Shown here: positions 20,667 through 33,578 of the stretch, in pieces
How the letters are laid out: each line of letters starts with the position of its first letter
Numbering within the stretch: the stretch's first letter is position 1
From: a bacterium
Lineage (GTDB): Bacteria; Patescibacteriota; Microgenomatia; Levybacterales; UBA12049
Direction of reading: 5' to 3'
DNA length: 64,000 bases
Assembly: GCA_021813145.1 (NCBI GenBank)
Contig: JAKALS010000002.1
Span: 35,595-99,594, forward strand
Made by a program: the position numbers and the translations under genes
The notes under the pieces: model-generated
Databases searched by the model: none
What the model was told of the DNA's origin: nothing
The model's input: the letters and a program-made list of their open reading frames with translations, nothing else

Positions 20667-22077
20667 CCAACTGACTTTAAAACAGGCAAAGGAAGGATTA
20701 AGAAAGAAAGAATTCAGCTCGCTTGAGCTTACAAATGCATGTCTTGAGGAGATTAAAAGATTAGAACCCAAGTTAAATTCTTTTGTTACGGTCACGGAAG
20801 AAACAGCGATTGAAGATGCCAAAAAAGCAGATAAGGCGATTGCGGACGGAGTTGATTTGCCTCTTTTGGGCATTCCCCTATCGGTAAAGGATAATTTTTC
20901 AACAAAAGACGTAAGAACGACAGCCTCGAGCAAAGTTTTAAATGAATATATTCCTCCTTTCGATTCCACTGTTGTAGAAAGGCTTAAAAATGCGGGTATG
21001 GTGCTATTGGGAAAAACAAATATGGACGCATGGGCTCATGGTTCGTCTACCGAAACTTCCGATTTTGGACCCAGTAAGAACCCTTGGGACACAAAACGCT
21101 TAACAGGTGGCTCTTCGGGGGGTTCAGCGGGCAGCGTAGCAGCCGACCAGACAATCGCTGCAATAGGCTCCGAAACAGCAGGCTCCATAAGGCAGCCTGC
21201 TTCCTGGTGCGGAGTAGTTGGATTAAAGCCTACTTATGGAAGAGTTTCAAGATACGGTGTAATAGCAATGGGTTCTTCCCTGGATTCGCCCGGGCCGATT
21301 ACAAAAACCGTAGAAGACAGCGCAGTAATCCTGGAGGTATTGGCGGGGAAAGACGAACTGGACGCAACAACTTCCCCAAAGCCGGTAACAGATTATTCTA
21401 AACAACTAAAAAGAGACATAAAAACACTAAGGATCGGAATTTCCAACGAATATTTTATAACGGGCATAGATAAAGAGGTAGAAGAAAAAGTTAAAGAAGC
21501 TATAAAAAAACTTGAAGAAGCGGGGGCAAAAATAGAAAATATAAAACTTTTCGACCCCAAATATGCAATAGACGTCTACACAATAATCCAACGCTCGGAG
21601 GTTTCCTCGAACCTTGCCAGATATGACGGTATAAGATACGGAAACACAAGGGAGTATTTCGGGGAAGAAGCAAAAAGAAGAATAATGTTCGGCACCTATG
21701 CCCTATCTTCGGGCTACTATGACCAGTACTATAACAAAGCTCAGCAGGTAAGAACCGTAATAATCGATGACTTCAAAAAAGCATTCGAAAAAGTAGACGT
21801 AATAATAGCCCCCACAAGCCCTTCGCTTGCTTTGCCCGTCGGGTCAACAAAAGACACTTCGATGTTTGGAGAAATAGCAGACGTGTTAGTAGAACCTTCT
21901 TCTATAGCAGGCCTTTCGGGAATAAATATACCCGTAGGCTTATCGAAATCGGGACTGCCCATCGGAATGCAGATAATTGCTCCGCAGTTTGGCGAAGAAG
22001 TAGTTCTATCAACAGCATTTGAATTCGAGAGTATTACCAAAGGCGAGGATTGGAGAAGGCTAAAACCGCAATTATGA
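20656..22077 (+). CDS. gatA: Glu/Asp-tRNA amidotransferase subunit A (amidase)
   Basis: Amidase signature GGSSGGSAGSVAA...GSDTAGSIRQPAS. Confidence 0.95.
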   Translation: MKLNQLTLKQAKEGLRKKEFSSLELTNACLEEIKRLEPKLNSFVTVTEETAIEDAKKADKAIADGVDLPLLGIPLSVKDNFSTKDVRTTASSKVLNEYIPPFDSTVVERLKNAGMVLLGKTNMDAWAHGSSTETSDFGPSKNPWDTKRLTGGSSGGSAGSVAADQTIAAIGSETAGSIRQPASWCGVVGLKPTYGRVSRYGVIAMGSSLDSPGPITKTVEDSAVILEVLAGKDELDATTSPKPVTDYSKQLKRDIKTLRIGISNEYFITGIDKEVEEKVKEAIKKLEEAGAKIENIKLFDPKYAIDVYTIIQRSEVSSNLARYDGIRYGNTREYFGEEAKRRIMFGTYALSSGYYDQYYNKAQQVRTVIIDDFKKAFEKVDVIIAPTSPSLALPVGSTKDTSMFGEIADVLVEPSSIAGLSGINIPVGLSKSGLPIGMQIIAPQFGEEVVLSTAFEFESITKGEDWRRLKPQL

Positions 22078-23393
22078 AATATAAAGCCATAATAGGACTT
22101 GAAGTCCACGTCGAACTAAAAACAAATTCAAAAATGTTTTGCTCCTGCAGCGCCGATTATTTCGGGCAGGAACCAAACACCCATACCTGTCCTGTTTGCC
22201 TCGGATTACCTGGTGCCCTTCCCGTCCCGAATAAAAAGGCTATAGAATGGTGTGTAAAAATAGGCATGGCATTAAACTGCGATACTCCCCTATTTTCCAA
22301 ATTTGACAGGAAAAACTATTTTTACCCCGATTTGGCAAAAGGATATCAGATTTCGCAATACGACAAACCTTTCTGTATAAACGGGCATATGACGCTTTCA
22401 AACGGGAAAAAAATAGGAATAAGAAGGGTACATATGGAAGAAGACACGGGAAAGCTTATACATGAAACTGTTGACGGAATAAAAGTGACACTAATAGATT
22501 TTAACCGCTCAGGCGTTCCACTCGTAGAAATAGTAACAGAGCCGGATTTTGAAACAGCCGAAGAAGTAAAAGAATATCTCCAAAAACTCCAGCAAATAGT
22601 AAGGTATCTTGGCGTTTCAAATGCCGATATGGAGAAAGGGAATATGAGGCTGGAGCCAAATATATCCCTAAGAAAAGAGGGTCAAGATGGACTTCCAAAC
22701 TACAAGGTAGAGGTTAAAAACATTAATTCATTTTCTTTTGTAGGAAAAGCTATAGACTATGAAATAAAAAGGCATGAAGAAATTCTTGAGAGCGGAAAAA
22801 CCCCCACCCAGGAAACAAGAGGCTTTGTAGAAAAAAACTCCTCTACCGTATCGCAGAGAATAAAAGAAGAGGCATCGGATTATAGATATTTTCCCGAACC
22901 CGATATTCCCCCGATCCGATGGGCAGATCGGGAAATATCAAAGCTTAAATCCCAAATTCCCGAATTACCGGATGAAAAGCTTAAGAGATTTATAAAAGAT
23001 TATGCGGTAACGGAATACGACGCTTCTATATTAACCAAAGCTATAGAAATGGCGGATTATTTTGAAGAAGCCGTGAAAATAGGAAAATCTAATAATCTAA
23101 ACGCGAAACAAATAGCAAATTTTATAATTAACAGAAAACAGGATATTAACAATATTCTTCCGGCCAAACTTATAGAAAATATATTGGAAGCGACAAAAAC
23201 AGAAAAAGTAAGCGAAACCGAACTGGAAAAAATAGCAAACGAAGTGCTTTCAAAAAATCCCCAGGCAATTTTAGACTATAAAAACGGTAAGGAAAACGCT
23301 ATAATGTTTTTGATAGGTCAGGTTATGCGTCAAATCGGAAAGAAAATTGACGCGGAACAAATTAAGGCGGTTTTAACCGCGAAATTAAAATAA
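22074..23393 (+). CDS. gatB: Glu/Asp-tRNA amidotransferase subunit B
   Basis: IIGLEVHVEL N-terminus. ATG at 22074 overlaps the gatA TGA (ATGA). The track start at 22050 is a TTG. Confidence 0.9.
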   Translation: MKYKAIIGLEVHVELKTNSKMFCSCSADYFGQEPNTHTCPVCLGLPGALPVPNKKAIEWCVKIGMALNCDTPLFSKFDRKNYFYPDLAKGYQISQYDKPFCINGHMTLSNGKKIGIRRVHMEEDTGKLIHETVDGIKVTLIDFNRSGVPLVEIVTEPDFETAEEVKEYLQKLQQIVRYLGVSNADMEKGNMRLEPNISLRKEGQDGLPNYKVEVKNINSFSFVGKAIDYEIKRHEEILESGKTPTQETRGFVEKNSSTVSQRIKEEASDYRYFPEPDIPPIRWADREISKLKSQIPELPDEKLKRFIKDYAVTEYDASILTKAIEMADYFEEAVKIGKSNNLNAKQIANFIINRKQDINNILPAKLIENILEATKTEKVSETELEKIANEVLSKNPQAILDYKNGKENAIMFLIGQVMRQIGKKIDAEQIKAVLTAKLK

Positions 23394-24193
23394 TGCCAGA
23401 AGCAGGAACACCAATTGAAATAACAGAAAGCGCTTCCCCACCACCTTTAAGAGCTCAAGGCTTAAGGGAGGTTATCCAAACCACAAAAGAAATAGAAACG
23501 AATAAGCCAAAAATATCGCGAATTCATGCTATAGCCAAAGCCTTACTTCAAATTCAGGGGAAAAAACTTGAGCAAGCGGAAAAACAACTGAGCGTAGATC
23601 CCTTAACCGGACTTATGTCAAAAAAGTTATTCGAAGAAACAATTCAAAGGGAAACAGAATTGGCTAAACGTGACCCTTCAAGAAAATTGGGATTCGCTTT
23701 CTTGGACATTGATGATTTCGGAAAATTTAACAAACAATACGGACAGGCAACGGGAGATAAAGTTTTATCGGAAGTAGGAAAAACACTGCAGGAGAACATC
23801 AGGAAAACCGATATAGCGGGAAGAGAAGGAGGAGAAGAGATGGGTATAATAATGCCCTACACGGGCACAGAAGAGAGGTCTCCGGAAAGTAATCCTTCTG
23901 AAAGAGTAAGGCAAGCAATAATGGGAATAGACTTAAAAGAATTAAGACAAATAACCGTTAGTATAGGCACTACCGAATTCATCAACAACGAAAGCTATGA
24001 AAGTTTTTACAATAGGGCTGATTTGGCAATGAGAGCCGCAAAGCAATTAGGAAAAAACAGAACAGTTGTTGCAAACCCCGATCCGCAAAAAGGAATAATC
24101 TTCACCGATTTAACGGATAACAAAAAATATACAGCCGAAGTTACCATTGAAGGAGCGGAAAAGAAATTAAAAATGACAGAGGTAATTAATTAA
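23393..24193 (+). CDS. Stand-alone GGDEF-domain protein (putative diguanylate cyclase; motif variant GGEEM, I-site RKTD)
   Basis: DPLTGL start of the GGDEF fold, FLDIDDFGKFNKQYGQATGD and REGGEEMGIIMP. No sensor domain. Translationally coupled between gatB and dnaE. Confidence 0.7.
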   Translation: MPEAGTPIEITESASPPPLRAQGLREVIQTTKEIETNKPKISRIHAIAKALLQIQGKKLEQAEKQLSVDPLTGLMSKKLFEETIQRETELAKRDPSRKLGFAFLDIDDFGKFNKQYGQATGDKVLSEVGKTLQENIRKTDIAGREGGEEMGIIMPYTGTEERSPESNPSERVRQAIMGIDLKELRQITVSIGTTEFINNESYESFYNRADLAMRAAKQLGKNRTVVANPDPQKGIIFTDLTDNKKYTAEVTIEGAEKKLKMTEVIN

Positions 24194-24194
24194 C

Positions 24195-27100
24195 ATGGCA
24201 GAATTTGTTCACCTTCATAACCACAGCGAATTTTCCCTGTTGGACGGCCTTTCAAAAATAAAGGATATGGTAGCCCGGGCAAAAGAGCTCAACATGAAAG
24301 CATTGGCCATAACCGACCACGGCAATATGTACGGAGCGATCTCCTTTTATAAAACATGCATCGAGGCGGGAATTAAACCTATAATCGGGTGTGAAATATA
24401 CGTAAGCAAAAGGACAAGGCACGATAAGGAAGCCGGGGTAGACGGAGATTCGAATCACCTGGTCCTTTTGGCAAAAAATCAAACAGGGTACAAAAATTTA
24501 ATGAAAATAATATCCGTGGCAAATCTTGAGGGGTATTATTACAAACCCAGAACCGACATGGAGCTCTTGCGGGAACACCATGAAGGGATTATCTGTTTAA
24601 GCGCCTGTATTAATGGGTATGTTTCAGAACCTCTTTTAAACAACCAGGAAGAGACCGCGGAAAAAAGAGCCCAAACTCTTTACGAAATTTTCGGTAAGGA
24701 CCACTTCTACCTCGAAATACAGAAACACCTTGATGTAAAAGACCAGGACAGACTGAATGAAAAAATAATAGCGCTTTCGGCAAAGCTTGGGATACCTCTT
24801 ATAGCAACAAACGATAATCACTATGTGAGAAATACCGACGCGCAGGGACAGGAGGTTTTGCTATGCATACAAACACAAACAACTCTGGATACACCCGACA
24901 GAAAACTTTCCATGATTTCTTCCCCGGATTTTTATCTAAAAAGCCAGGAAGAAATGACGGGGTTATTTATCCAGACTCCCCAAGCAATAGAAAACTCCGT
25001 AAAAATTGCAGACATGTGCAATCTGGAAATAACTCTGGGAAAATGGATAATGCCCCAATTTGAAGTGCCCGATGGCAAAATTCCCGCAGAATATATGACT
25101 GAAAAAGTCGAAGAAGGGTTAAAAAGAAGATACGGAACAATAACAAAAGAAATAAAGGAAAGGACCGATTATGAGCTTTCGATTATCCTTAAAAAGGGAT
25201 ACGAAACCTATATTCTAATCGTTGCCGATTTTGTAAACTGGGCAAAATCTCAGGGTATAACAGTAGGTCCGGGTAGAGGCTCAAATGCAGGATCTATTGT
25301 TTCTTATGCCCTTAATATATCCGATATTGACCCCTTATTTTTTAAGCTGCCCTTCGAAAGATTCCTAAATCCTATGCGCCCTTCCCCGCCCGATATCGAT
25401 CTGGATTTTGCAGACGACAGAAGAGACGAAGTAATTGCATACGTAACGGAAAAATACGGAAAAGATAAAGTCGCGCAAATAATTACATTCGGAACGATCG
25501 AGGCAAGAGGCTCGGTAAGAGACACCGGAAGGGTTATGGGATTCCCCTACTCTTTTACCGACCGTATTTCAAAAATGATACCTATGGGCTGGCAGGGACA
25601 CGCGATGACAATAGAAAAAGCGCTTGAGCAAAACCCGGAACTTAAAAACGCATATCAAACCGAAACCGATACGAAAAGAGTTCTCGATCTCGCACAAAAG
25701 ATAGAGGGCGTTGCAAGGCATGCATCGGTACATGCAGCCGGAGTCGTAATAGCTGATAAGGACCTAACGGAATATACGCCGCTTCAAAGAGAGACAAACG
25801 GCGACAAAATAGTTACCCAATATGACATGTATAGTATAGGAGAAGACGGAGTAGGGCTTTTAAAAATAGACTTTCTGGGTCTTAGAAACTTAACAATTAT
25901 TCAGGAAGCGCTTAAGTTTATAAAAGCAAACCAGGGTAAGAATATAGATTTTTCAAATATCTCTTTCGAAGACGCAAAAACCTACCAACTTTTATCCTCG
26001 GGAGAAACCACCGGAATATTCCAACTGGAGTCGTCGGGAATGAGAAGATACATAAAAGAACTCAAACCTACTTCGATTTTTGACCTTCAGGCTATGGTTG
26101 CTCTTTACAGACCCGGTCCTATGGCAAATATCCCCGAATTCATAAGAAGAAAAAATAATCCGCAGCTTATAAAATACCCCGACCCGAGACTCAAAGACGT
26201 CTTAAAAGAATCTTACGGAATAATAACTTTTCAGGATGATCTGCTTTTAACGGCCATAAACGTAGCCGGTTATTCATGGCTAGAAGCAGACAAATTAAGA
26301 AAAGCAGTCGGAAAGAAAATCCCTGCAGAAATGAAAAAACAGCACGATAAATTTGTCGAGGGTTGTGTCGCAAACGGCATGACCAAGAAAAACGCGGAAG
26401 AGCTTTGGATATTATTCGAACCTTTTGCGGGCTACGGGTTCGGAAAAGCACATGCTGCATGCTACGCAACAATAGCTTTCAGGACTGCATATCTTAAAGC
26501 CCATTACCCCGTTGAATTTATGACGGCGCTTCTTACGGCAGAATCTCGCGGAAGTTCGGGCCCGGTTAAAAACGAAAAAATATCACAGGCAGTTGCAGAA
26601 TGCAAAAGACTTAAAGTAAATGTCCTCCCTCCTGACATAAATAAATCGGGAAGTGAATTTACCATAGAAGACCACATAAACATAAGATTCGGACTGTCGG
26701 CAATTAAAAACGTCGGAGAAGCCGCCATCCAAACTATACTTGAACAAAGAGAAAAGGGTGAATTCAAAAGCCTTGAAGATTTCTGTTCAAGAGTAGATCT
26801 TGGGGCGGTCAACAAAAAAACAATGGAGAGTCTTATAAAAGCAGGCGCAATGGACAGATTCGGAGAAAGGGCCAACCTATTGATTAGATATCCCGAGATA
26901 ATCGAGAAATCCCATAAAAAATCAAAGGAAATTAAATCCGGCCAGACGAGTTTATTCGGAGATACGGAAGAGCCCGAGGAATTATCAAAGGGGCCGAACA
27001 AAGTTGCCGAATTTACGCCAAACGAAAAACTGGCTTTCGAAAAGGAATTTCTTGGTTTTTATCTGACTTCCCATCCGCAGATGGACAGCCTTATTAAAAT

Positions 27101-27416
27101 AAGAAACTATGTTTCCCATAATATGGAACTTTTAACCGAAGAAACAGAAGGCACTCAGGTAACCGTAGGAGGCCTAATCGAGAATATAAGAAGAATTTTT
27201 ACAAAGAGAAACGGAAGCGAGATGGCATTTATAACCATAAGCGATGAAAACGGAATCATGGCAGAATGCATTGTGTTTCCCAGGGTTTTCGAAATGTATA
27301 AAACCGTATTGTTAAAGGATACTGTAATCGTAGTTAAGGGGAAAATAGATACAAAAAACGATAAACCGATAATAATTGCTGAGAAAATATCCGCATTTAG
27401 CCATTTTTCTTCTTGA
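24195..27416 (+). CDS. dnaE: DNA polymerase III alpha subunit
   Basis: PHP N-terminus HLHNHSEFSLLDG, polymerase core, OB fold. 1073 aa. Confidence 0.95.
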   Translation: MAEFVHLHNHSEFSLLDGLSKIKDMVARAKELNMKALAITDHGNMYGAISFYKTCIEAGIKPIIGCEIYVSKRTRHDKEAGVDGDSNHLVLLAKNQTGYKNLMKIISVANLEGYYYKPRTDMELLREHHEGIICLSACINGYVSEPLLNNQEETAEKRAQTLYEIFGKDHFYLEIQKHLDVKDQDRLNEKIIALSAKLGIPLIATNDNHYVRNTDAQGQEVLLCIQTQTTLDTPDRKLSMISSPDFYLKSQEEMTGLFIQTPQAIENSVKIADMCNLEITLGKWIMPQFEVPDGKIPAEYMTEKVEEGLKRRYGTITKEIKERTDYELSIILKKGYETYILIVADFVNWAKSQGITVGPGRGSNAGSIVSYALNISDIDPLFFKLPFERFLNPMRPSPPDIDLDFADDRRDEVIAYVTEKYGKDKVAQIITFGTIEARGSVRDTGRVMGFPYSFTDRISKMIPMGWQGHAMTIEKALEQNPELKNAYQTETDTKRVLDLAQKIEGVARHASVHAAGVVIADKDLTEYTPLQRETNGDKIVTQYDMYSIGEDGVGLLKIDFLGLRNLTIIQEALKFIKANQGKNIDFSNISFEDAKTYQLLSSGETTGIFQLESSGMRRYIKELKPTSIFDLQAMVALYRPGPMANIPEFIRRKNNPQLIKYPDPRLKDVLKESYGIITFQDDLLLTAINVAGYSWLEADKLRKAVGKKIPAEMKKQHDKFVEGCVANGMTKKNAEELWILFEPFAGYGFGKAHAACYATIAFRTAYLKAHYPVEFMTALLTAESRGSSGPVKNEKISQAVAECKRLKVNVLPPDINKSGSEFTIEDHINIRFGLSAIKNVGEAAIQTILEQREKGEFKSLEDFCSRVDLGAVNKKTMESLIKAGAMDRFGERANLLIRYPEIIEKSHKKSKEIKSGQTSLFGDTEEPEELSKGPNKVAEFTPNEKLAFEKEFLGFYLTSHPQMDSLIKIRNYVSHNMELLTEETEGTQVTVGGLIENIRRIFTKRNGSEMAFITISDENGIMAECIVFPRVFEMYKTVLLKDTVIVVKGKIDTKNDKPIIIAEKISAFSHFSS

Positions 27417-27441
27417 CTTGAGGCTAATTTCTATATAAAAT
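27413..27441 (+). promoter_or_regulatory. Candidate atp operon promoter: TTGACT (27413-27418), 17-bp spacer, TAAAAT (27436-27441)
   Basis: Seen in sequence. Overlaps the last codons of dnaE, immediately upstream of atpB. Confidence 0.35.
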
Positions 27442-27448
27442 AGGGTAC

Positions 27449-28198
27449 GTGGTTTCATTCGCAGCAGAACCTATATTTCGTTTGGGTTTTTTTCCGGTGA
27501 CAAACACGGTTTTAGACACATTAATCGTCGACGGTGTTTTAGTCGGAGCAGCCTACTATATTAAAAAAAATCTTAAATTAATCCCCGGTTTTTTTCAAAA
27601 TCTTTCGGAATTTGCAATAGACACTATGTATAATCTGACCGAATCCGTCGCTCCGGGGAGAGCCGCAAAAATATTTCCTTATTTTGCAACTTTCCTGCTT
27701 TTTATACTTCTAGCCAATTGGTCCGGACTTGTGCCCGGTTTTGGAACAATCGGGTTTTTTGAAGGAGAAGGTGCAAATCGGACTCTTGTGCCTCTTCTAA
27801 GAAGTACGACGACGGATTTAAATACAACCCTTGGGCTTGCAATTTTTTCAGCTGTTGCTACACACATTTTAAGCATCAGAATCATCGGAATTAAGCAGTA
27901 TTTAGGACGATATTTTTCCCTAAACCCTATAAATCAATTTATAGGGTTTTTGGAAATGATCTCCGAAATTACTAAAGTAATATCACTCTCTTTCCGTCTT
28001 TTCGGAAATATATATGCCGGAGAAATAGTTTTGGGAACAATATCTACCCTTTTTGCCATAGCCTTACCATTACCGTTTTTACTCCTGGAATTTATTGTAG
28101 GATTTGTCCAGGCCCTGGTTTTCGCAATGTTGACAATGGCTTTTATGGCAATACTTTCAACGCCTCATCATGAGGCCAAGGAGGTGAGTCACGCATGA
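27449..28198 (+). CDS. atpB: F0F1 ATP synthase subunit a
   Basis: FRLFGNIYAGE with the conserved Arg helix. GTG start. Confidence 0.85.
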   Translation: MVSFAAEPIFRLGFFPVTNTVLDTLIVDGVLVGAAYYIKKNLKLIPGFFQNLSEFAIDTMYNLTESVAPGRAAKIFPYFATFLLFILLANWSGLVPGFGTIGFFEGEGANRTLVPLLRSTTTDLNTTLGLAIFSAVATHILSIRIIGIKQYLGRYFSLNPINQFIGFLEMISEITKVISLSFRLFGNIYAGEIVLGTISTLFAIALPLPFLLLEFIVGFVQALVFAMLTMAFMAILSTPHHEAKEVSHA

Positions 28199-28404
28199 CA
28201 TTTAGTGTATCGGGAGGATTAATTATCGCAATAGGAGGACAGAGTGCTGCTTTAGCTATCGGCTTTATAGGCATGAAAGCAATGGAAGCTATCGGAAGAA
28301 ACCCCGAAGCATCCGGAAGAATACTTCCTGCAATGCTTTTGGGAATGGCTTTCGCAGAAGCTATCGCGATTTATTCTTTAATTTTTGCCTTTATAGGAAA
28401 ATAA
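28195..28404 (+). CDS. atpE: F0F1 ATP synthase subunit c
   Basis: Hairpin proteolipid with conserved carboxylate in MAFAEAIAIYSL. Confidence 0.9.
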   Translation: MTFSVSGGLIIAIGGQSAALAIGFIGMKAMEAIGRNPEASGRILPAMLLGMAFAEAIAIYSLIFAFIGK

Positions 28405-28410
28405 AAATAT

Positions 28411-28914
28411 ATGGAAATTCTTAAAACTTTTGGAGTCGATCCTATTTTATTGGTCGCCCAGATAATAAATTTCATAGTTATTCTATATATCTTGAAAAAG
28501 CTTCTTTATAAGCCTGTTATGGACATGCTTAAAAAGAGAGAGGATGTTATAAAAGAGGGGCTTAAACAGGCAGAGGAAGGAAAACTTACTCTTGAGAAAG
28601 CCCTAGAAGAAGAAAAAAAGATTCTTAAAAAAGCTCAGGACCAGTCTAAAAAAATTGTGGATAATGCTAATGAGCAGGCTAGTGCAGTGTCCAAGGAAAT
28701 AGAAGAAAATGCGCGTAAACAAGCCGATAAAATATTGGAAGAGGCAAAAAGACAAATAGAGCAGGAAGCAAAAGATACCGAAAAAAGGCTTTCGGAAAAC
28801 GTGACAAACCTTTCCATTGACATATTAAGAAAATCCATAAGCGAGCTATTCGGAGAAAAAGAGCAAAAAGCTTTAGTAGAAAAAGCAATAAGAAATATCA
28901 CTAAAAAGAAATAA
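28411..28914 (+). CDS. atpF: F0F1 ATP synthase subunit b
   Basis: N-terminal TM plus a long charged coiled coil. Confidence 0.8.
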   Translation: MEILKTFGVDPILLVAQIINFIVILYILKKLLYKPVMDMLKKREDVIKEGLKQAEEGKLTLEKALEEEKKILKKAQDQSKKIVDNANEQASAVSKEIEENARKQADKILEEAKRQIEQEAKDTEKRLSENVTNLSIDILRKSISELFGEKEQKALVEKAIRNITKKK

Positions 28915-28916
28915 AT

Positions 28917-29267
28917 ATGACAAAAAAACAGATAAGAAGACTTGCCTTTGCAAGCTATACGAAAGAGCAACTAGATGCAAAGAAAGTAAAAAGGGTCGCA
29001 AAAATCCTATCTAGACAAGACCTTAAGGAATATATTAAAATCCTGAGGGAACTGGAAAAAAGTAAACAGGTAACAGTTTTTGTACCCCGCTTGTATAAGA
29101 GTAAAGAGATAGAGAAAAAAATTTCGGACTCTTTCCCGGGCAAGAAAATAATTTTTCAGCAAGACCCTTCTCTTATGGCGGGGTTAAGAGTGGAAAACAA
29201 CGACTTGGTATATGAATTAAGCTTGAATAACACTTTTGAAAATCTAAAAAATTATATTAACGGATAA
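28917..29267 (+). CDS. atpH: F0F1 ATP synthase subunit delta (OSCP), truncated 116-aa form
   Basis: Sits between atpF and atpA. C-terminal GLRVENNDLVYELS resembles the delta C-terminal region. The N-terminal domain is largely absent. Confidence 0.6.
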   Translation: MTKKQIRRLAFASYTKEQLDAKKVKRVAKILSRQDLKEYIKILRELEKSKQVTVFVPRLYKSKEIEKKISDSFPGKKIIFQQDPSLMAGLRVENNDLVYELSLNNTFENLKNYING

Positions 29268-29273
29268 TAAATT

Positions 29274-30802
29274 ATGGTAAATAGCGAAGAAATAATTAAG
29301 CAGCTGGAAAAGGGACTCACATCTTTCAATTTTGATCCAAAACTTCAAAATGTAGGAATAGTACAATCAAACACCGACGGAGTAATTACGGCAAGCGGAC
29401 TTTCAAAAGCAATGATGGGAGAATTGGTAGCTTTTGAAAACGGAACAATCGGAATGATACTCAACCTCGACGAAGATTCCGTATCAATTATTCTTTTGGG
29501 GGAAGGAGAAAACATAAAAGAAGGAGACAAAGTAAAAGCAACAGGAAGAATGCTTTCCATAAATGTTTCCGACGATCTAATAGGAAGAGTAATTAATCCC
29601 CTAGGAGAACCTTTGGACGGAAAAGCCAAATCCAAAAAATCCGGGAAAGAAATGCCTCTTGAAAAAATTGCCGCAGGCGTAGTCGAAAGAGAACCCGTAA
29701 ATACTCCGCTTAAAACGGGAATAAAATCAATAGATGCTATGTTTCCCATCGGACGCGGACAAAGAGAATTAATTATCGGAGACAGAGGTCTCGGAAAAAC
29801 CGCAATTGCAATAGATACGATAATAAACCAAAAAAATAACGCTAAAAACGGCGGATTAAGGCCCGTAACCTGCATATACGTAGCGATAGGGCAAAAACAG
29901 AGCCGAATAGCCCAGGTAATAGATAAACTTAAGGAAACAGGGGCAATGGATTATACGATAGTTGTCGTAGCTTCCGCTTCCGACCCGGCTTCCCTGCAAT
30001 ATTTGGCACCTTATGCCGGAAGTGCAATAGCGGAATACTTTATGGAGAAGGGCGAAGATGCCCTTATAGTCTACGATGATCTGACAAAACATGCCTGGGC
30101 TTACAGGCAGATTTCGCTGGTACTTAAAAGACCGGCAGGAAGAGAAGCATATCCCGGTGACATCTTCTATCTCCACTCAAGGCTTTTGGAAAGAGCGATA
30201 AGACTTTCTAAAGAATTGGGAGGAGGTTCTATAACCGCCCTTCCTATAATAGAGACTCAAGGAAACGATGTTTCCGCGTATATTCCGACCAACGTCATTT
30301 CTATTACAGACGGACAGATCTATCTTGAGGGCGACCTTTTCTACAGCGGAATAAGGCCTGCAATAAACGTTGGCACTTCTGTATCCAGAGTGGGAGGAGC
30401 AGCGCAAACTTCGGGAATGAAATCTGTTTCCGGGAAAATGAAACTTGAACTTGCCCAGTATAGAGAAATGGCATCTTTTGCACAGTTTGGAAGCGAATTA
30501 GACCCTGCAACCGCGGCACAACTCGACAGAGGAAGAAGAACAACCGAAATACTTAAACAGCCACAATACGATTCGCTTATTGAGGCGTTAGAATATCTGA
30601 GCATTTGGGCAGTAACAAACGGATTTATTGATGATATCCCGGTAGAAGAGGCATCAAGGTTTGAAAAAGAATATCATAATTTTATGAAGGCTTCCTATCC
30701 CAAGCTTATTACGGCACTTTCCAAGGGTGACAAACCGGACGAAGAACTTATAAAACAATTGCAAAAAGCGACATCCGAATTTAAGAAAGGATTTTCAGTC
30801 TA

Positions 30803-30803
<1 letters not shown>
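29274..30803 (+). CDS. atpA: F0F1 ATP synthase subunit alpha
   Basis: GDRGLGKT P-loop. Confidence 0.95.
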
Positions 30804-33035
<2,232 letters not shown>

Positions 33036-33036
33036 T

Positions 33037-33450
33037 ATGAAACTTCATCTGGAAGTCATAACACCGGAGAAAGTAATTCTTGAAGAGGATGTCGACGAAA
33101 TAACCCTGACAACGGCAACAGGGGAAATAAGCATACTCCCCAACCATGAAAATCTTCTTACAAAACTTATGCCCGGAGAAATGACGATAAAAAATAATGG
33201 AAAAGAAGAACATTTTGCCGTAACCGGGGGTTTTTTGGAAGTATCCGAAAACCGAATCAGTCTTCTGGCGGAATACGCTGTCAGAGCTTCCGATATAGAG
33301 GTCGGAAAAGCCGAAGAAGCTCATGAAAGGGCTAAAAGAAAAATGGCGGAACACAAAAACGATAATGAATTCAGGATTGCCGAATCGGAACTTAGAAAAG
33401 CAATACTGGAACTAAAAGTGGCCCGAAGGAATAAAATACGAACTTCATAA
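33037..33450 (+). CDS. atpC: F0F1 ATP synthase subunit epsilon
   Basis: Beta-sandwich plus C-terminal helices. Last gene of the operon. Confidence 0.85.
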   Translation: MKLHLEVITPEKVILEEDVDEITLTTATGEISILPNHENLLTKLMPGEMTIKNNGKEEHFAVTGGFLEVSENRISLLAEYAVRASDIEVGKAEEAHERAKRKMAEHKNDNEFRIAESELRKAILELKVARRNKIRTS

Positions 33451-33492
33451 ATTTGCCTTCTCCCGTAAAATTTCATAAAATAAGTTGGATTT

Positions 33493-33564
33493 GCCGGAGT
33501 AACTCAGTGGTAGAGTAGCTCTTTCGTAAAGAGCAAGTCGTGGGTTCAAGTCCCACCTCCGGCT
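33493..33564 (+). tRNA. tRNA-Thr (anticodon CGT)
   Basis: GCCGGAG-TA-ACTCAGTGGTAGAGT, anticodon stem GCTCT/AGAGC with loop TTCGTAA, T-arm GTGGGTTCAAGTCCCAC, acceptor CTCCGGC. Confidence 0.75.
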
Positions 33565-33578
33565 CACATAAGAATAGT

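Noticed and set aside
26504-27001. 165-aa minus ORF inside dnaE, and similar antisense ORFs inside pps, atpA and htpX (5970-6344, 29345-29875, 17867-18298)
   Set aside because: All are nested antisense to strongly conserved genes.
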